In this document: positions 1 to 13,333 of the stretch, in pieces
How the letters are laid out: each line of letters opens with the position of its first letter
Numbering within the stretch: position 1 is the stretch's first letter
NCBI RefSeq assembly: GCF_902713615.1
Contig: NC_052164.1
Location: 81,381,830-81,445,829, forward strand
DNA length: 64,000 nucleotides
DNA from: Scyliorhinus canicula
Taxonomy: Eukaryota
Direction: 5' to 3'
Translations under genes and position numbers: made by a program
Notes under the pieces: generated by a model
The model's database searches: none
The model's input: only the letters and a program-made list of their open reading frames with translations
What the model was told of the DNA's origin: nothing

Positions 1-79
1 CTTGTTTTGGTGTATGGATTTCTGTACGGGATTTCTGTTCTCCAGCTTTTTTTATTCATTCAGAGTATGTGGGTTTTGC

Positions 80-340
80 AGGCTGGGCCAGTATTCATTG
101 CCAATGCCCTAGAGAAGGTGGTGGTAAGAAGTGTTTTGAACCACTGCAGTCCGTGTGGTGTACTAGCTACAGTCCTTTTAAGGAGAGAGTTCCAGAGTTT
201 TGACCCAGCGACAGTGAAGGAACAGCGATATATTTCCAAGTCAGGATGGTGACTTTGTGGGGAACTTCTGGATGGTGATGTTCCCATGTATCTGCTGCCA
301 TTGTCCTTCTAGATAGTAGTGGTCATGGGCTTGGGATGCG
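80..340 (-). mobile_element. CR1/L2-group LINE 3' fragment
   Basis: Minus-strand frame reads ...SFTVAGSKLWNSL...PHGLQWFK, typical of the C-terminus/3' end of fish CR1/L2-type LINEs; a related copy lies at ~53140-53570 (+). Confidence 0.6.
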
Positions 341-526
341 AAACCTGTGCCATTCCGGAGACCTGATCTGACTCACACAAATAAACTCCTGGAATGTACA
401 TTGAGAATTTAATAATCAGGGCTCTATTCTGCTTGAAAAAACTAGTAAGTTAATATTTGCAAAGTCTGACCCAATATACAAGTGCTAAAACTACCGAATG
501 AAATTCAAAATGGCAGCAGTTCTTAC

Positions 527-620
527 CATTCTTATCATGTTTAAGACCGTTTGATAACCCTTGAAGCGAACTGGATTCAGAAAGAAAATTAAAGTGTTCT
601 GGATTCTCTGGACACATTTT
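527..620 (-). CDS. Candidate internal exon of an unidentified minus-strand gene continuing beyond the window start
   Basis: Acceptor tatactttag and donor G|gtaaga flank 94 nt of non-repeat sequence with two open frames (KMCPENPEHFNFLSESSSLQGLSNGLKHDKN or KCVQRIQNTLIFFLNPVRFKGYQTVLNMIRM). It lies downstream of the CpG/X-box promoter at ~4030. Confidence 0.4.
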
Positions 621-817
621 CTAAAGTATATCAGGAAAACAAATTGCCACACTGGACACACAGATCTATTTCAACCAAAAATCTTGCACTCGTATGAAAT
701 TTGATACGTCAGAAAGACATTGCAGAATGCCACCATGTTGAATAAATGAAAATGTACAAACACAAGTGTTAGAAAAACAAAGGTAGTTTTAAGGGATTTA
801 CATTTATATTGCTAGCT

Positions 818-988
818 GGAGCTGGTTTAGCACACTGGGCTAAATAGCTGGCTTTTAAAGCAGACCAAGGCAGGCCAGCAGCACGGTTCAATTCCCGTAC
901 CAGCCTCCCCGAACAGGAGCCGGAATGTGGCGATTAGGGGCTTTCCACAGTAACTTCATTGAAGCCTGCTCGTGATTTTCATTTCATT
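818..988 (+). mobile_element. tRNA-derived SINE (family B; other copies 7228-7396 -, 7579-7706/14100-14140 -, 55640-55790 +)
   Basis: Head gctggtttagcacac, B-box ggttcaattcc and tail ggggcttttcacagtaacttcattgaagcctacttgtgac recur four times in the window. Confidence 0.75.
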
Positions 989-2415
989 AACCATAAGAAT
1001 CAAGGTATAGCTTTAAGTGGTTTTAATTTAATGTTTCTGTGCCTGGAACAGTAAAACTTGTAGATTCCTGCTGGCCAAAAATGCTTGGAAGTGTGATGGT
1101 TGGTTAAGTTCCAACTGTGTTCTATTGTGCTTAGAGATGGCTATGGCATGAATAATAAATAGTAGGGGTGTTGCTTAGCAACAGGAGGCCACCTTCCTTT
1201 GTTTACAGTTTTAATTGGAAGCCAGAGCAGTTGGAGCCAGGTCACAGAGGACTGAACAGCTCTTAACTTTGCCAGGTGAAACTGGATAGCACACGGGAGT
1301 TGCAAAGATGTAGATTTCCTAAGGAACAAAATACAGTCACAATAACCAAGGAATTGGTCAGAAAGACTGTCTAAGAAGACTGGAGTTAAGTGAACAGAGA
1401 CCATGATTTTGTTCAAAAGAATTCAAGGAAGGGTAAACAAAGTAATCTGAGTTAGAGACAATCACAGTAACTAAATTTAAAGTGGGGCAGCAGACTTCAG
1501 AGGTAGATGAAACGTTTGATGTCATTTTAATACCATCAGGGAATCGAAGGTTAAACCAATTGTTAGCAGTTTGCACAGCAGTTAGACCACAAAATTCTGT
1601 GAAATTCACTATGAAATCCTGGACTGGATTCACTGTTAAAAGTGGAATGGAAGCTTTGTTTGTAAGTGTCATTTGTAAAAACTGGACTGGATTTCGGAAT
1701 GCAAACCACCAAAGGAAAGCATTATTCTGAGAAAAATTTGTTTTTGGTAGTGGAATTTGAAAACTCTCATGTGTCAATCATCTGGAGGGAATCTGAGGAG
1801 AAAATCACAGATACTAACTTGCGTTCAGAGCAGACTGTGTACTTGACCATAGTCATTTTGTAAGCGCAAAAGGGACATTTTGTGTTAATGAGACCATTAT
1901 ATCTTAAGAAGTAATTTGTTATTGAAGTTAATCTTTAAATCCATGTGTATTTGTTAAGCTAAGGGGGGGGGGGGGGGGAAATAAAGGAGAATTGATTAAT
2001 AATCCAACTTTTTATGTTTAATAATTATTTTCTTGTTAAAACTAATTAGCAGTAGGGGTGGCACAGTGGTTAGCACTGCTGCCCATGGCACTGAGGACCC
2101 GGATTCGATCCCATACCCGGGTCACTGCCTGTGTGGAGTTTGCACATTCTCCCCGTGTTTGCGTGGGTTTCACACCCACAACACAAAGATGTGCAGGTTA
2201 GGTGGATGGGCCACACTAAATTGCCCCTTAATTGGAAAAAAAATAATTGGGTACTCTAAATTTATTTTTAAAAATAAAAAAAAAATTAAAAACTAATTAT
2301 CAGTCCTGTGACTCTGTTGCTCCACATTTTAGAAAGAAAAACGGTCTTTTGAGTCAGGGTTCCATTCTAGGACCTTCCTTCCTGTCCAGTTATACCTTCA
2401 ATTATGATCATAACA
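989..2415 (+). mobile_element. Probable solo LTR / LTR-like element, interrupted by a SINE
   Basis: Ends in ...gatcataaCA like the other LTRs here. Part of it is present again as an inverted fragment at 2525-2640. The left boundary is uncertain. Confidence 0.4.
2053..2290 (+). mobile_element. HE1/V-SINE variant with A-rich tail
   Basis: tRNA head with A/B boxes, V-domain (gtggagtttgcacattctccccgtg), poly(A)-like tail, flanked by duplicated aaaactaatta. Confidence 0.8.
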
Positions 2416-3304
2416 AAAGGAATAATGCATAACAGTAAAATGCATTCAGTCAAAAAAGTGGTTGACTAAAAATATTTTAAGTAGACTTCTGAATGCAGGT
2501 TTAAATATTACCTTGGCTAACAAAGTACATCTTAAGATACGATGTTCTCATTAACACAAAATGTCCCTTTTCAGCACACAAGATGACTGTGGTCAAGTAC
2601 ATACTCTTCTGAACCCATGTTAGTGTCTGAGGTTACCTTATCTCCTTCCTCCGAGTTTTCAGAAGTCTACTCACTACATTTTAGTCAACCCCCTCTGAAA
2701 ACTCAGAGGAAGGAGGTGAGGCAAAGGGGTTGGGTAGGAGTTCCAGAGGGTAGGAACAAGATGACTAAAATAATAGTTGGCGATGCACAGTGAAAAGTAG
2801 TGGGTGATAATTAAAGAGATGAGAGGAGAAGCAAACAGTCAAATATGAGGCAACTAAAGATGAAGATAAGGATTTTAAAATTGCTTTGTATAGCATGTGA
2901 TGTAGGTATGATCTAACAAGGATGAAAGTAATGGAACTACAAAGCTTTAATTTATGTACCAATACGATTTCCACTTTCCATTGTTATGGTGATTTTCTTC
3001 AGCTGTTGGATACTACCGTTTAATACTGTTTGCTTGAAGTATCTTTAATTTGTTAATACCTCCTTCCTTATAAATTTCAAGTTTATTGCTTAGGGTGAAC
3101 ATTGTATATATGTCATTACTTTTGTTGCTGTTTGATAAGAATATTCTTGAATTTGAGGAGCAGTGTTCACAGTAGACTGTTCTACTTGAAACGCTTCCCA
3201 TGTGGGTAACAACGTCCCTTTGTGCAATACACCAGCAGGCAATATAGCATTACACCATTTCAAACTTTGTAGTTTGCTGGATTATAATTATTCTCAGCAT
3301 CTCA

Positions 3305-3547
<243 letters not shown>

Positions 3548-3764
3548 TTAAAGGAACTGGACAACATAAATGTGACTAAGACATTTTTAACTAAATAAAT
3601 AACTGGAATGCCTACTGTTAGTACTTCCAACTTGGCAAACTCCCAGTTTTATTTTCACCCTAATGCAAAGTAGGTCAGGAGGTCTGAACTTGTCGACGGG
3701 GCAGCTGACCTCTGAAGAGGCTGCTTGATGTTTAGTTTTATTTCTGATATGTCAATTGCCTTAA

Positions 3765-4050
3765 ACAGCCGGTTTCTAGATTTTTTCCCCCGCGAGAAGC
3801 AGCAGGCTGTGAGGGCAGTCCCGGCCTCCACCCCCAGGCCGGACGGCGGCCGCCAAACCCTCCTCCCGCCCGGGAGGAGCATAGGCGGCCTCTCCCCTCC
3901 TCCTCACCCCTCTCAACAGAAGCAGCTTCAAATTCCCCCCTCCCCTGCCCTCGGCCCCTCTCACCTCCTGAGAGCCCGTCAATTCCCGCAGAACGGCCCG
4001 TTTTTCCGCAGCACCACCCACTGTTGTCATGGAAACGGCCTACCCCGACC
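3765..4050 (-). promoter_or_regulatory. CpG island / promoter with RFX X-box (GTTGTCATGGAAAC at 4023-4036)
   Basis: Local GC/CpG enrichment in an AT-rich background, GC-box-like motifs and a near-consensus palindromic X-box. The direction is inferred from the candidate exon at 527-620. Confidence 0.6.
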
Positions 4051-4200
4051 CCCAAGGAGCATAAATCCCAAAGAGTGCAAATGACCCAAAATAATATAAA
4101 TGATCCATAAGAATGTAAATAACTCCCAAATAGCAAAAATAACCCCAAAGAGTGTAAATGACACTAAAAGTATAAAGGACTTTATACTTTATACTTTATA

Positions 4201-4541
4201 CAGCAGGGTAGCATGGTGGTTAGCATAAATGCTTCACAGCTCCAGGGTCCCAGGTTCGATTCCCGGCTGGGTCACTGTCTGTGTGGAGTCTGCACGTCCT
4301 CCCCCTGTGTGCGTGGGTTTCCTCCGGGTGCTCCGGTTTCCTCCCACAGTCCAAAGATGTGCGGGTTAGGTGGATTGGCCATGCTAAATTGCCCGTAGTG
4401 TCCAATTAAAAGTAAGGTTAAGGGGGGGTTGTTCGGTTACGGGTATAGGGTGGATCCGCGGGTTTGAGTAGGGTGATCATGGCTCGGCACAACATTGAGG
4501 GCCGAAGGGCCTGTTCTGTGCTGTACTGTTCTATGTTCTAT
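4201..4541 (+). mobile_element. HE1/V-SINE with CR1(HER1)-type tail (other copies 5873-6213, 18651-18983, 26058-26385, 34585-34890, 45802-46130 on +; 10860-11189, 38343-38639, 52446-52795 on -)
   Basis: tRNA-like head (ggttcgattcc), V-domain gtgggtttcctccgggtgctccggtttcctcccacagtccaaagatgtg, tail ggccgaagggcctgttctgtgctgtactgttctatgttctat. Confidence 0.9.
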
Positions 4542-4674
4542 GACCCCAAGAGCAAAAATGACCCCAAAGTGTCGAAATGACCCCAAAGAGTGTAAATGAC
4601 CCAAAACAGTACAAATGACTCCAAAAAGCATCAACCACCCAAAGACTATAAATGATCTCAAAGACTGTGAGTAA

Positions 4675-4940
4675 TAATGTCACAAGTAGGCTTACATTAA
4701 CACTGCAATGTGAAAATCCCCTAGTCGCCACACTCCGGCCCCTGTTCGGGTACACAGAAGAAGAAGAATGTCATAATTACCTAACAACACATCTTTTGGG
4801 ACTTGTGGGAGGAAAGCAGAGCACCCAGAGGAAATCCACGCAGACACAAGGAGAACGTGCAGACTCCGCACAGTGACCCAAGACAGGAATCGAACCTGGG
4901 GCCCTGACGCTGTGAAGCAACAATGTTAATTACTGTGCTA
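4675..4940 (-). mobile_element. V-SINE subfamily with alternative tail (other copies 18218-18432 -, 44495-44745 +, 63712-63999 -)
   Basis: Same head and V-domain as the HE1 copies, but ends in gcgactaggggattttcaca...gtaagcctacttgtgaca, the tail shared with family B. Confidence 0.8.
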
Positions 4941-5547
4941 AATGACCACAAAGGGTGCAAATAGCCCAAAAGAATATAAATGATCCATAAGAGTGTAAAT
5001 GACACCAAAGAGCACAAATGACCCCAAAGAGTGTAATTGACCCAAAACAGTACAAATGACCCCAAAGAGTATAAATGACCCCAAAGAGTGTAAATGGCCC
5101 AAAGCGTGTAAATTACCCAAAAGAGTATAAATGACACAAAGAGGTCATGAGGACTCCCAGCTCCACCCTTACTGTGATCTGTTTCTAAATTAATCAAACC
5201 GCTTGTCCCACATTCAGTGTTGGATGAGCGGAAATTCGCAGTTAAATATTAGGATGGTCAGAACAATTTGCTTTCGGCACGGAAAAAATAGTTCAGACCA
5301 GTATTCGTATTTCCGAGTTCTTTCTGGTGCTCCAGATACAAGAGTAGTTCGGACTAGTATTCTTATTTCCCTGTTTTTATTGTTTTTTTGTTCTGCATTA
5401 TATTTGTGTCTCCCGCCTGCCACACTTTGCACTCCGTCACCTGACTTCATTTCTCTCTCCCTGTTAATTGTCTGAGGCTGAACCACTCTGCTTTGGCAAC
5501 CTTGGTGTTGTTTGATCCTCCCTCCCCCCCCCCCCCCCCCCCCCCCA

Positions 5548-6500
5548 AGATGTGCCACTGCACAGATCAAGACCACCTGCTGCCACTTCTGTAACATCGT
5601 CCATCCCCTATCTGTCCCTGCCTCAGCTCATCGGCTGCTGCAAATCTTATCCATGCCTTTGAATGCTAAACTCGGCCATTCCAACACCCTTTTATGAATC
5701 CCTCACACTCAGTAAATTTGAGGTCATCCAAAATTCTCCTGCCTTTGTTTACATTCACACAAAGGTCGATCCCTGTGCTGGTCAGCGCCATTGGCTCCTC
5801 GTTAAGCAATGCCTCTAATTTTTAAATTCTCGTCCTTTTTTCAAATCCCTCCATGGCCTTGCCCCCTCCATAGGGCAGCACGGTAGCATGATGGTTAGCG
5901 TAAATGCTTCACAGCTCCAGGGTCCCAGGTTCGGTTCCTGGCTGGGTCACTGTCTGTGCGGAGTCTGCACGTCCTCCCCGTGTGTGCTTGGGTTTCCTCC
6001 GGGTGCTCCGGTTTCCTCTCACAGTCCAAAGATGTGCGGGTTAGGTGGATTGGCCATGCTAAATTGCCCGTTGTGTCCTAAAAAGTAAGGTTAAGGGGGG
6101 GGTTGTTGGGTTACGGGTATAGGGTGGATACGTGGGTTTGAGTAGTGATCATTGCTCGGCACAACATCGAGGGCCGAAGGGCCTGTTCTGTGCTATACTG
6201 TTCTATGTTCTATATCATTATAATCTCTTTTAGGCTCACAACCCTCTGAGATACCTACACATTACTAATTCTGGCTGCAAGAACCCCCAATTTTAACTCC
6301 TCCACCAGTGATAGCTATCTTTTCATCTGCCAATGCCTTATGCTCTGAAAATCCTACCTTAAAACTTTCCACCCTGCTTGGAGATACTCTTTAAACCTAG
6401 GTCAAGTCATCGGTTTTTATATCTTATGTGGCTTGATGCCAAGTTTTTGTTTTCCAACACTCCTGTGAGGGACTTTGGGATGTGTTATTATGTTATACAT
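5548..6500 (+). mobile_element. L2 LINE 3' fragment, interrupted by V-SINE 5873-6213
   Basis: Decayed L2-like RT C-terminus (ccatgcctttg..actcggccattccaac..aaatttgaggtcatccaaaattc) and tail ctttgggatgtgttattatgtta. Confidence 0.55.
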
Positions 6501-8430
6501 TTATTGCCTTACCCTAATTCCCTTTGAACTCAGTGGCTTGCCAGGCCGATTCAGAGTGCATTTAAGAATCAACATTAGCTATATTAATGAAACTTGTTTA
6601 TGGCCTCTCAAAATGTCTGGGGCTTACAGCTACCTCTAAATCCACAGACAATGTAACTTCCTTCATTTCTGAGCTTTTCCTTTGGCTAATTCTTCTTAGC
6701 CAGGAACTAAATTGTGTCAAGGTATGGGGAGAAGTGGAAGAAAATCTGTCAGCATTAACATATTCAAATAGTAAGATGTCTTTCCTCTGTAATTAGATAT
6801 AGATCAGTGTGCCAAACTTGAGTCTCCATGCTGATACAACTACTTACTCAAAAATGTAAAGATGTTTCAATATTCCTTTCCTTTGAAATTTAAACTGAGT
6901 TTCCACAATGCACACATCATTAAATAACCAGTCAACTACTTCACATTCCATGTTAGCTTTGACGCAGGTAGTTTCGGATGCCCTGACCAAAACACAACCT
7001 CTCGATTGGTCATGGTTACAACTAGGAAATGCTGCAACTGTTTTAAAGAGGCAACACTGAATCGGGCCAATGCTGACGTTAGCATGAACAGATTTAATAT
7101 TTCAGTGTAACATCGGAGGGTTAAAAACAAGATCTCAAAAGCAACGGTGCACAAGAACAGGATGAAACTGAAATAAGATGCAGATCCCTGATGCTTTTCT
7201 TTATTCTTTCTTGGGATGTGGGCATTTAATAATAGCTTATTGTCACAAGTAGGCTTCAATGAAGTTACTGTGAAAAGCCCCTAGTCGCCACATTCCGACA
7301 CCTGTTCGGAGAGGCCGGTACGGGAATTGAACCCGCGCTGCTGGCCTTGTTCTGCATTAAAAACCAGCTTCTTAGCCCACTGTGCCAAACCAGCCGCTAA
7401 TAGAATTTCAACGGAAGCGATGGAGCCATAAAAATCAGAGATGGGGGCTTACTACGTTGGAGACATAATATCAACACCTCTTAGAAAGAAGTGCATTGTT
7501 CTGGCTGTTAGAGCAAAATTTATTTTAAAACATAGAAAATAGGAACAGGAGGAGGTCGTGCAACCCTTCGGGCCTGTTAATAATGATCACTTATTGTCAC
7601 AAGTAGGCTTCAGTGAAGTTACTGTGAAAAGCCCCTAGTCGCCACATTCCGGCACCTGTTCGGGGGGAGGTCGGTACGGGAATTAAATCCGCATTGTTCT
7701 GCATTATGTCATGTGAGAGTACCTTTACAAAATGGGTGTTTATAAAATAGCTGTAGTGGATGTACCTTTAAGAAATGGGTGTTTACAAGTGATGTCAGAG
7801 TGTGGGTGGAGCTGGGCTGTCTGCCTGCTTTTACTTTCGCTTTGAGCAAGCAGCGACAGGGTCTGTTTAGTTTTGTTTTAGATTTGGAGAAGCTGCAGTC
7901 ACAGCAAGATGTGTATGAATCTCTGCAAGATAAAGAATGTTCATTTGGTGATTTCAAAGTGGTAATTGCTTTCAGAAGAGAAATTAAACCTGATGTCTTT
8001 CTGTAAAAAAGGTTCTTTTGTCTTATGGATGTTGCAAGGAAAGATTAAGAGTTACTTTTAGAGAACTGTATTCTTTCAGGGATTTATTGGTGTTGATAGT
8101 TGTTAAGATGTTCACTGTGGGTTTATAAAGTGTTAACTAGTTTCATAAATGAACATTGTTTTAATTTAAATGTACTTCAGCTCTCTGAAGCACCACACCT
8201 GCAAAGTAGGCCCCCATAACCACAATTTATTCAAAGTTGTGGGTCAGGTGAACTCCATGGTACACTTTGGGATTCTCTAAACCCTGGCCCATAACAAATT
8301 GGGGGCTCGAGAGGCAAAAAGTCTATCTCTTGGATTGGCTTAGTGAACTTAAAGACAGTGAGGGATGAGCATATTGTGTTTGCTTTTCAGGTGTGGTGTT
8401 CCAGTTTAAGGAGGGAGTATGTTGTGGACA

Positions 8431-10470
8431 ATGGCTCTTTCAGAGGCTCTGAAGTTTTTATGGTGAAGACGGTCACACGCAGTACCTTACGGAGCGTGAC
8501 TAAAAACAGGCGTTTAGATTTGGCAAAAACATTGCAGTTAACATTACCTGACAAAATGCGAAAAGATGAGGTACTTACCGCGCTCGCTGAGCATTTAAAA
8601 TTGTCGGAGATACAGTCTGACTCTTTGGAAATGACAAAGATCCAGTTGCAGATTAAGCAACGTGAACATGAAAAAGAATTAAAGCAGCATGAATATGCAA
8701 TAAGAGAAAAAGAGAAAGGGAGATACAGATCAGGGAAAAAGAAAACAAGAGAGAAGAAAGTACAAAAGAAAGCATAGCCGTGACAGAACAAAAAGAAAGA
8801 GAAAGGGAGGTACAGATCAGGGAAAAAGAAAAAGAGAAAGAGATAGGGAGGAAAAAGAAAAGGAGAGAGAGGAAAGGGAGAAAGAGAGAGTTTGAAATTC
8901 AGAAAATGACCATGAACCATGACAGTCAGTTAAAATTGGCGGATGGAAAGAAAAACATACGGTCTGAAGAGCACGATGAGGATAATGAGCGTCATAGTCA
9001 AATGCTTGGTGGGGATCTATTTAAATATGTCCACGAAGTGCCAAGGTTTGATGAGAAGGAGGTAGAAGCATTTTTCATTTAATTTGAGAAGGTAGCTAAA
9101 CAAATGAAATGGCCACAGGACATGTAGGTATTACTGATTCAAACAAAGCTGGTAGGTAGGGCTAGTGAAGTGTTTGCATCACTGCCGGAGGAGGCATCAG
9201 GGACGCATGAGGAGGTGAAAGAATCCATTTTAGGTGCTTATGAACTAGTGCCTGAACCCTTCAGACAAAGGATTAGAAATTTAAGGAAAGAACCTGGTCA
9301 AACATAGATGGAGTTTGAAAGGATCAAACAGTAATTCTGATAGGTGGATAAGGGCTTTGAAAATAGACCAAACGTATGAAGCTCTCAGAGAAATTATACT
9401 TTTGGAGGAGTTTAAAAATTCAATTCCTGGTGTAGTGAGAACACATGTGGAAGAGCAGAGGGTTAAAACTGTGAGGTCAGCAGCAGAAATGGCAGATGAT
9501 TATGAATTAGTTCATAAATCAAAGCTTGGTTTTTGACATCAGTTTCAGCCTGTGAGGGGTGGAAACTAGGGACATGAGAAATACTCATGTGGTAGAGGTA
9601 AAGGAGATCTGATGGGAGATAATAAGGAGAGTGTACCTCAGATTTTTTTTTAAATCCAGGAGGGTGGAAAATAAATTAAAAGTTTTAAATCTTTTCACTG
9701 TAATAAACTAGGCCATGTAAAGTCAGTGTGGGTGGTTGAAGAAAAGCACTGGGAAGGCTGATGTGGTAAAACAGGATAAGACAGTGGGATTTGAAGTGAA
9801 GGAGGTGCAAAAGATTGTACAGCCTGATCAAGAGGTGAGTGATAAGAAGGTGCCAGATCTCTTTAAAGAATTTACTTGTGTGGTAAAGTTTACTCATGTG
9901 TACCAGAAGGAGCAGGTAAAGAAGTCACAATTTTAAGAGATACGGGAGCTGGTCAATCTTTAATGGTAAGAGATAAGGAGTTATGTAGTTTGGGAAGAAT
10001 GTTGCCAGAAAAGGTGGTAATATGTGGAATTCAGGGTGAGAAGAGAAGTATTCCATTGTATAAGGTAAGGTTGGAAAGTCCAGTGAAGAGTGGTGAAGTG
10101 GTAGTACAAGTAATAGAGAAACTATCTTGTTCAGGAATATAGTTTATTTTGGGTAATGATATAGATGGATAGCAGTTGGGAGTGATGCCTACTGTGGTTG
10201 ATAAGCCAGTGGAAAATCAGACAACTGAAGTGTTGAAGGACAAATATCCTGGGATTTTTCCGGATTGTGTAGTAACAAGGTCGCAAAGTCACAGGTTAAG
10301 ACAAGAGGAAAAATCAAAGAGTGAAGATAAAGTTGAAGTGGAATTATCAGAAACAATTTTTGATCATATGGTTGAAAAAGAAGAACACGTGGAGGATGAG
10401 GCAGATATTTTTAGTTCAGGAAAATTGGCAGAATTACAACAGAAAGATATAGAAATAAAGCGGATGTATT
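8431..10470 (+). pseudogene. Gmr1 gag (SCAN-like capsid, zinc knuckle) and aspartic protease, frameshifted
   Basis: VPRFDEKEVEAFF; DRWIRALK..LREIILLEEFKNSIP..VRTHVEE; CCHC remnant at ~9695-9725; protease motif ILRDTGAGQSL. Confidence 0.85.
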
Positions 10471-10499
10471 AGAAATCATATACAGAAGAGGAATCTGAG

Positions 10500-11830
10500 T
10501 GTATACCGGAGTGTTATTACCATAAAAATTATGTCTTGATGAGGAAATGGAGACCTTTACATATGCAGCAGATGAAAAGTGGGCAGAAGTTCATCAAGTA
10601 GTATTTCTGGTACGGTATAGAAAGGAAGTGTTGCGGTAGCACATGAAGTATCAGTGGGAGGTCATTTGGGAGTAAAGAAAACACAAGCTAAAATCCAAAA
10701 ACATTTTTATTGGCCTGGACTACATAAAGGTGCAGTTAAATGTTGTCGATCATGTCACACATGTCAAGTGATAGGGAAACCTCAAGCAGTGATAAAACTA
10801 GCACCCTTAATACACATTCCAGCATTTGAGGAACGTTTTACAAGTGTCTTAATTGATTAAACATAGGACATAGAACATACAGTGCTGAAGGAGGCCATTC
10901 GGCCCATCGAGTCTGCACCGACCCACTTAAGCCCTCACTTCCACCCCATCCCCGTAACCCAATAAACCCTCCTAACCTTTTTGGTAACTAAAGGCAATTT
11001 ATCATGGCCAATCCACCTAACCTAAACATCTTTGGACTGTGGGAGGAAACCGGAGCACCCGGAGGAAACCCACACAGGCACGGGGAGAACGTGCAGACTC
11101 CGCACAGACAGTGACCCAGCGGGGAATCGAACCTGGGACCCTGGTGCTGTGAAGCCACAGTGCTAGCTACTTGTGCTACCGTGCTGCCCAGGATTGCATA
11201 GGACCACTTCCTAAAACAAAAAGTGGGAATCAATATCTTTTGACTATAATAGATGTGTCTACTAGGTTTCCAGAGGCCATTCCAATACATAATATTACAG
11301 CTAAAAAGGTTGTGGAGAAGTTACTTAAATTCTTTACTGGAGATAGACTACGCACAGAAATGCAATCGGATCGAGGATCAAATTTTACCTCAAGGTTATT
11401 CAAAGACGTTATGGATAGCGTAGGAATAAAACAATTTAAATCAACTGTGTACCATCCAGAATCGCAGGGAGCGTTAGAAAAGTGGCATCAGACATGGAAG
11501 ACAATGTTGAGGGCTTATTGTCAAGATTATGCAGAAGATTGGGATAAGGAATTCCATTCGTACTGTTTGCAATGAGGGATGCACCTAATGAGTCAACCAA
11601 ATTCAGCCCTTTTGAACTAATTTTCAATCATGAGTGAGTGAGAAATCGGAACTTACATTATTGGATTATGTGTCGAATTGTTACCAGTGGTAGGTGAACC
11701 TTTAAAAGCAAGGTTTTGTGGACCTTATCAGATTGAAAGGAAATTAAGTGAGGTGAATTATGTGGTGCGAACGCCAGAGAGAAGGAAAACTCACCGAGTG
11801 TGTCATGTGAATATGCTTAAAAGGTACTTT
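10500..11830 (+). pseudogene. Gmr1 integrase, interrupted by V-SINE 10860-11189
   Basis: HHCC (GGHLGVKKT..YWPGL..CRSCHTCQ), ID|CIGPLP, QSDRGSNF, YHPESQGALEKWH and GPY motif. Confidence 0.88.
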
Positions 11831-12049
11831 GAACGGGAAGGAGAGCAAACGGAGGAGGTTTTAATGATTCTAACTCAAATTGACGAACCAAGTCCAGATG
11901 ACTGTGAATTTGACATACCTCAAATTAAATTGGAAAAAGAGGGTGTTCGTAAAAATTGGGAAAAATTGTTAATTTACCTTCCAGAGGAAAAACAGACTGA
12001 CCTGAAAGAGTTATTGATATCACATGAGCAAGTTTGTGGAGGTAAGTTG

Positions 12050-13333
12050 GAATGCACTAAAATGGCTATACATGATGTAGATGTGGGAAATGCTGTTCCA
12101 ATTAAACAACATCCATATAGACTTAACTCGTTAAAATTGGCATAGGTTAACAAAGAAATTGAAAGTATGCTTAAAAATGGTATAATTGAAGTGGGTTGCA
12201 GCCAATGGAGCTCACCCATAGTGATGGTACCAAACCGGACGGTGCCCAACGGTTGTGTGTGAACTATAGAAAGGTTAATGCTGTTACAAGAACAGACTCT
12301 TATCCTAACCCACGTTTGGAGGATTGCATTGAAAAAGTGGGACAATCAGCTTTTATTTCCAAACTGGAGTTACTTAAAGGTTACTGGCAGGTACTTTTAT
12401 CCGAAAGGGCGAGGGAGATTTCAGCTTTTGTGACTCCAGGTGGTATATACTAATTCAAAGTTATGCCATTTGGCATGAAAAGCAGCCCAGCCACATTTCA
12501 ACGGTTAACTAACAATTTACCCAATTGTGCAGTATACATCGATGATCTGGTAATTTTCAGCCAGGCATGGAAAACATTTAAAATCATCTGATGGAGTTAT
12601 TCGATTGACATCAGATGGGTTTGGTGGTAAACCTAGCCAAAAGTGAATTTGGAAAAGCCCCAGTCACTTTCCTTGGCCATATAATTGGACAGGGTCGAAT
12701 GGTTCATGGGATGTGAAAACAAATGTTATTGGGGAGTTTCCAATACCCTCGACATGAAGGGAAATAATGTGATTTCTTGCCATGAGTGGATTCTACCGGA
12801 CATTTGTGCCAAATTTTAATAGTGTGGTTACTCTACTGAAGGACTTGCTGAAGAAACGTAGCAAATTTAAGTGGACAGCGGAGTGTCAACAGGCATTTGA
12901 CTGCCTGAAGGCTGTGTTGACCACTGCTCCTGTGTTAGCCATCCCAAATTATACCAAACCATTCAAAGTTGCTGTTGATGTAAGTGATGTGGGCATGGGT
13001 GCAGTGCTTCTACAAGACGATGACGACGGACTAGAGCGGCCTATTGGTTATTTTTCAAAGAAATTGAATTCTCATCAGAAAAAGTATTCGACGATTGAGA
13101 AGGAGACTTTGAGTTTGGTGCTGGCTTTGCAACATTTTCACTTTTACGTGACCAGCAATCCGTCTGACATCATTATATATACCGATCATAATCCATTGAC
13201 GTTTTTGGAGCGATTGCGGAATAACAATGTAAAACTGTTTCGCTGGAGTTTATTGTTGCAGCCATTTCATTTAAAAATAGTACATATGGCAGGACGAGAA
13301 AATGTGACAGCCAATGCTTTGTCACGAATGTGA
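12050..13333 (+). pseudogene. Gmr1 reverse transcriptase and RNase H
   Basis: PIKQHPYR, RLCVNYRKVN, LLKGYWQV, YIDD at 12535-12546, RNase H VDVSDVGMGAVL..YSTIEKETL..YTDHNPL. Confidence 0.9.

Larger units (their letters stand above)
4060..5145. repeat. 19-bp minisatellite (aaatgaccccaaagagtgt), split into three blocks by two SINEs
   Basis: Degenerate tandem units at 4060-4180, 4541-4660 and 4940-5145. Confidence 0.85.

Noticed and set aside
4201-4275. tRNA genes
   Set aside because: The A/B boxes belong to SINE heads fused to V-domains; there is no complete cloverleaf.
4213-4398. Recurrent ~61-aa ORFs (..GHCLCGVCTSSPCVRGFPPGAPVSSHSPK..) as a small gene family
   Set aside because: They are translations of the V-SINE body.
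4060-5145. Regularly spaced short repeats (also 25890-27480 and 55873-55999) as a CRISPR-like array
   Set aside because: Units are directly tandem and degenerate, with no unique spacers and no cas genes, in a vertebrate context.
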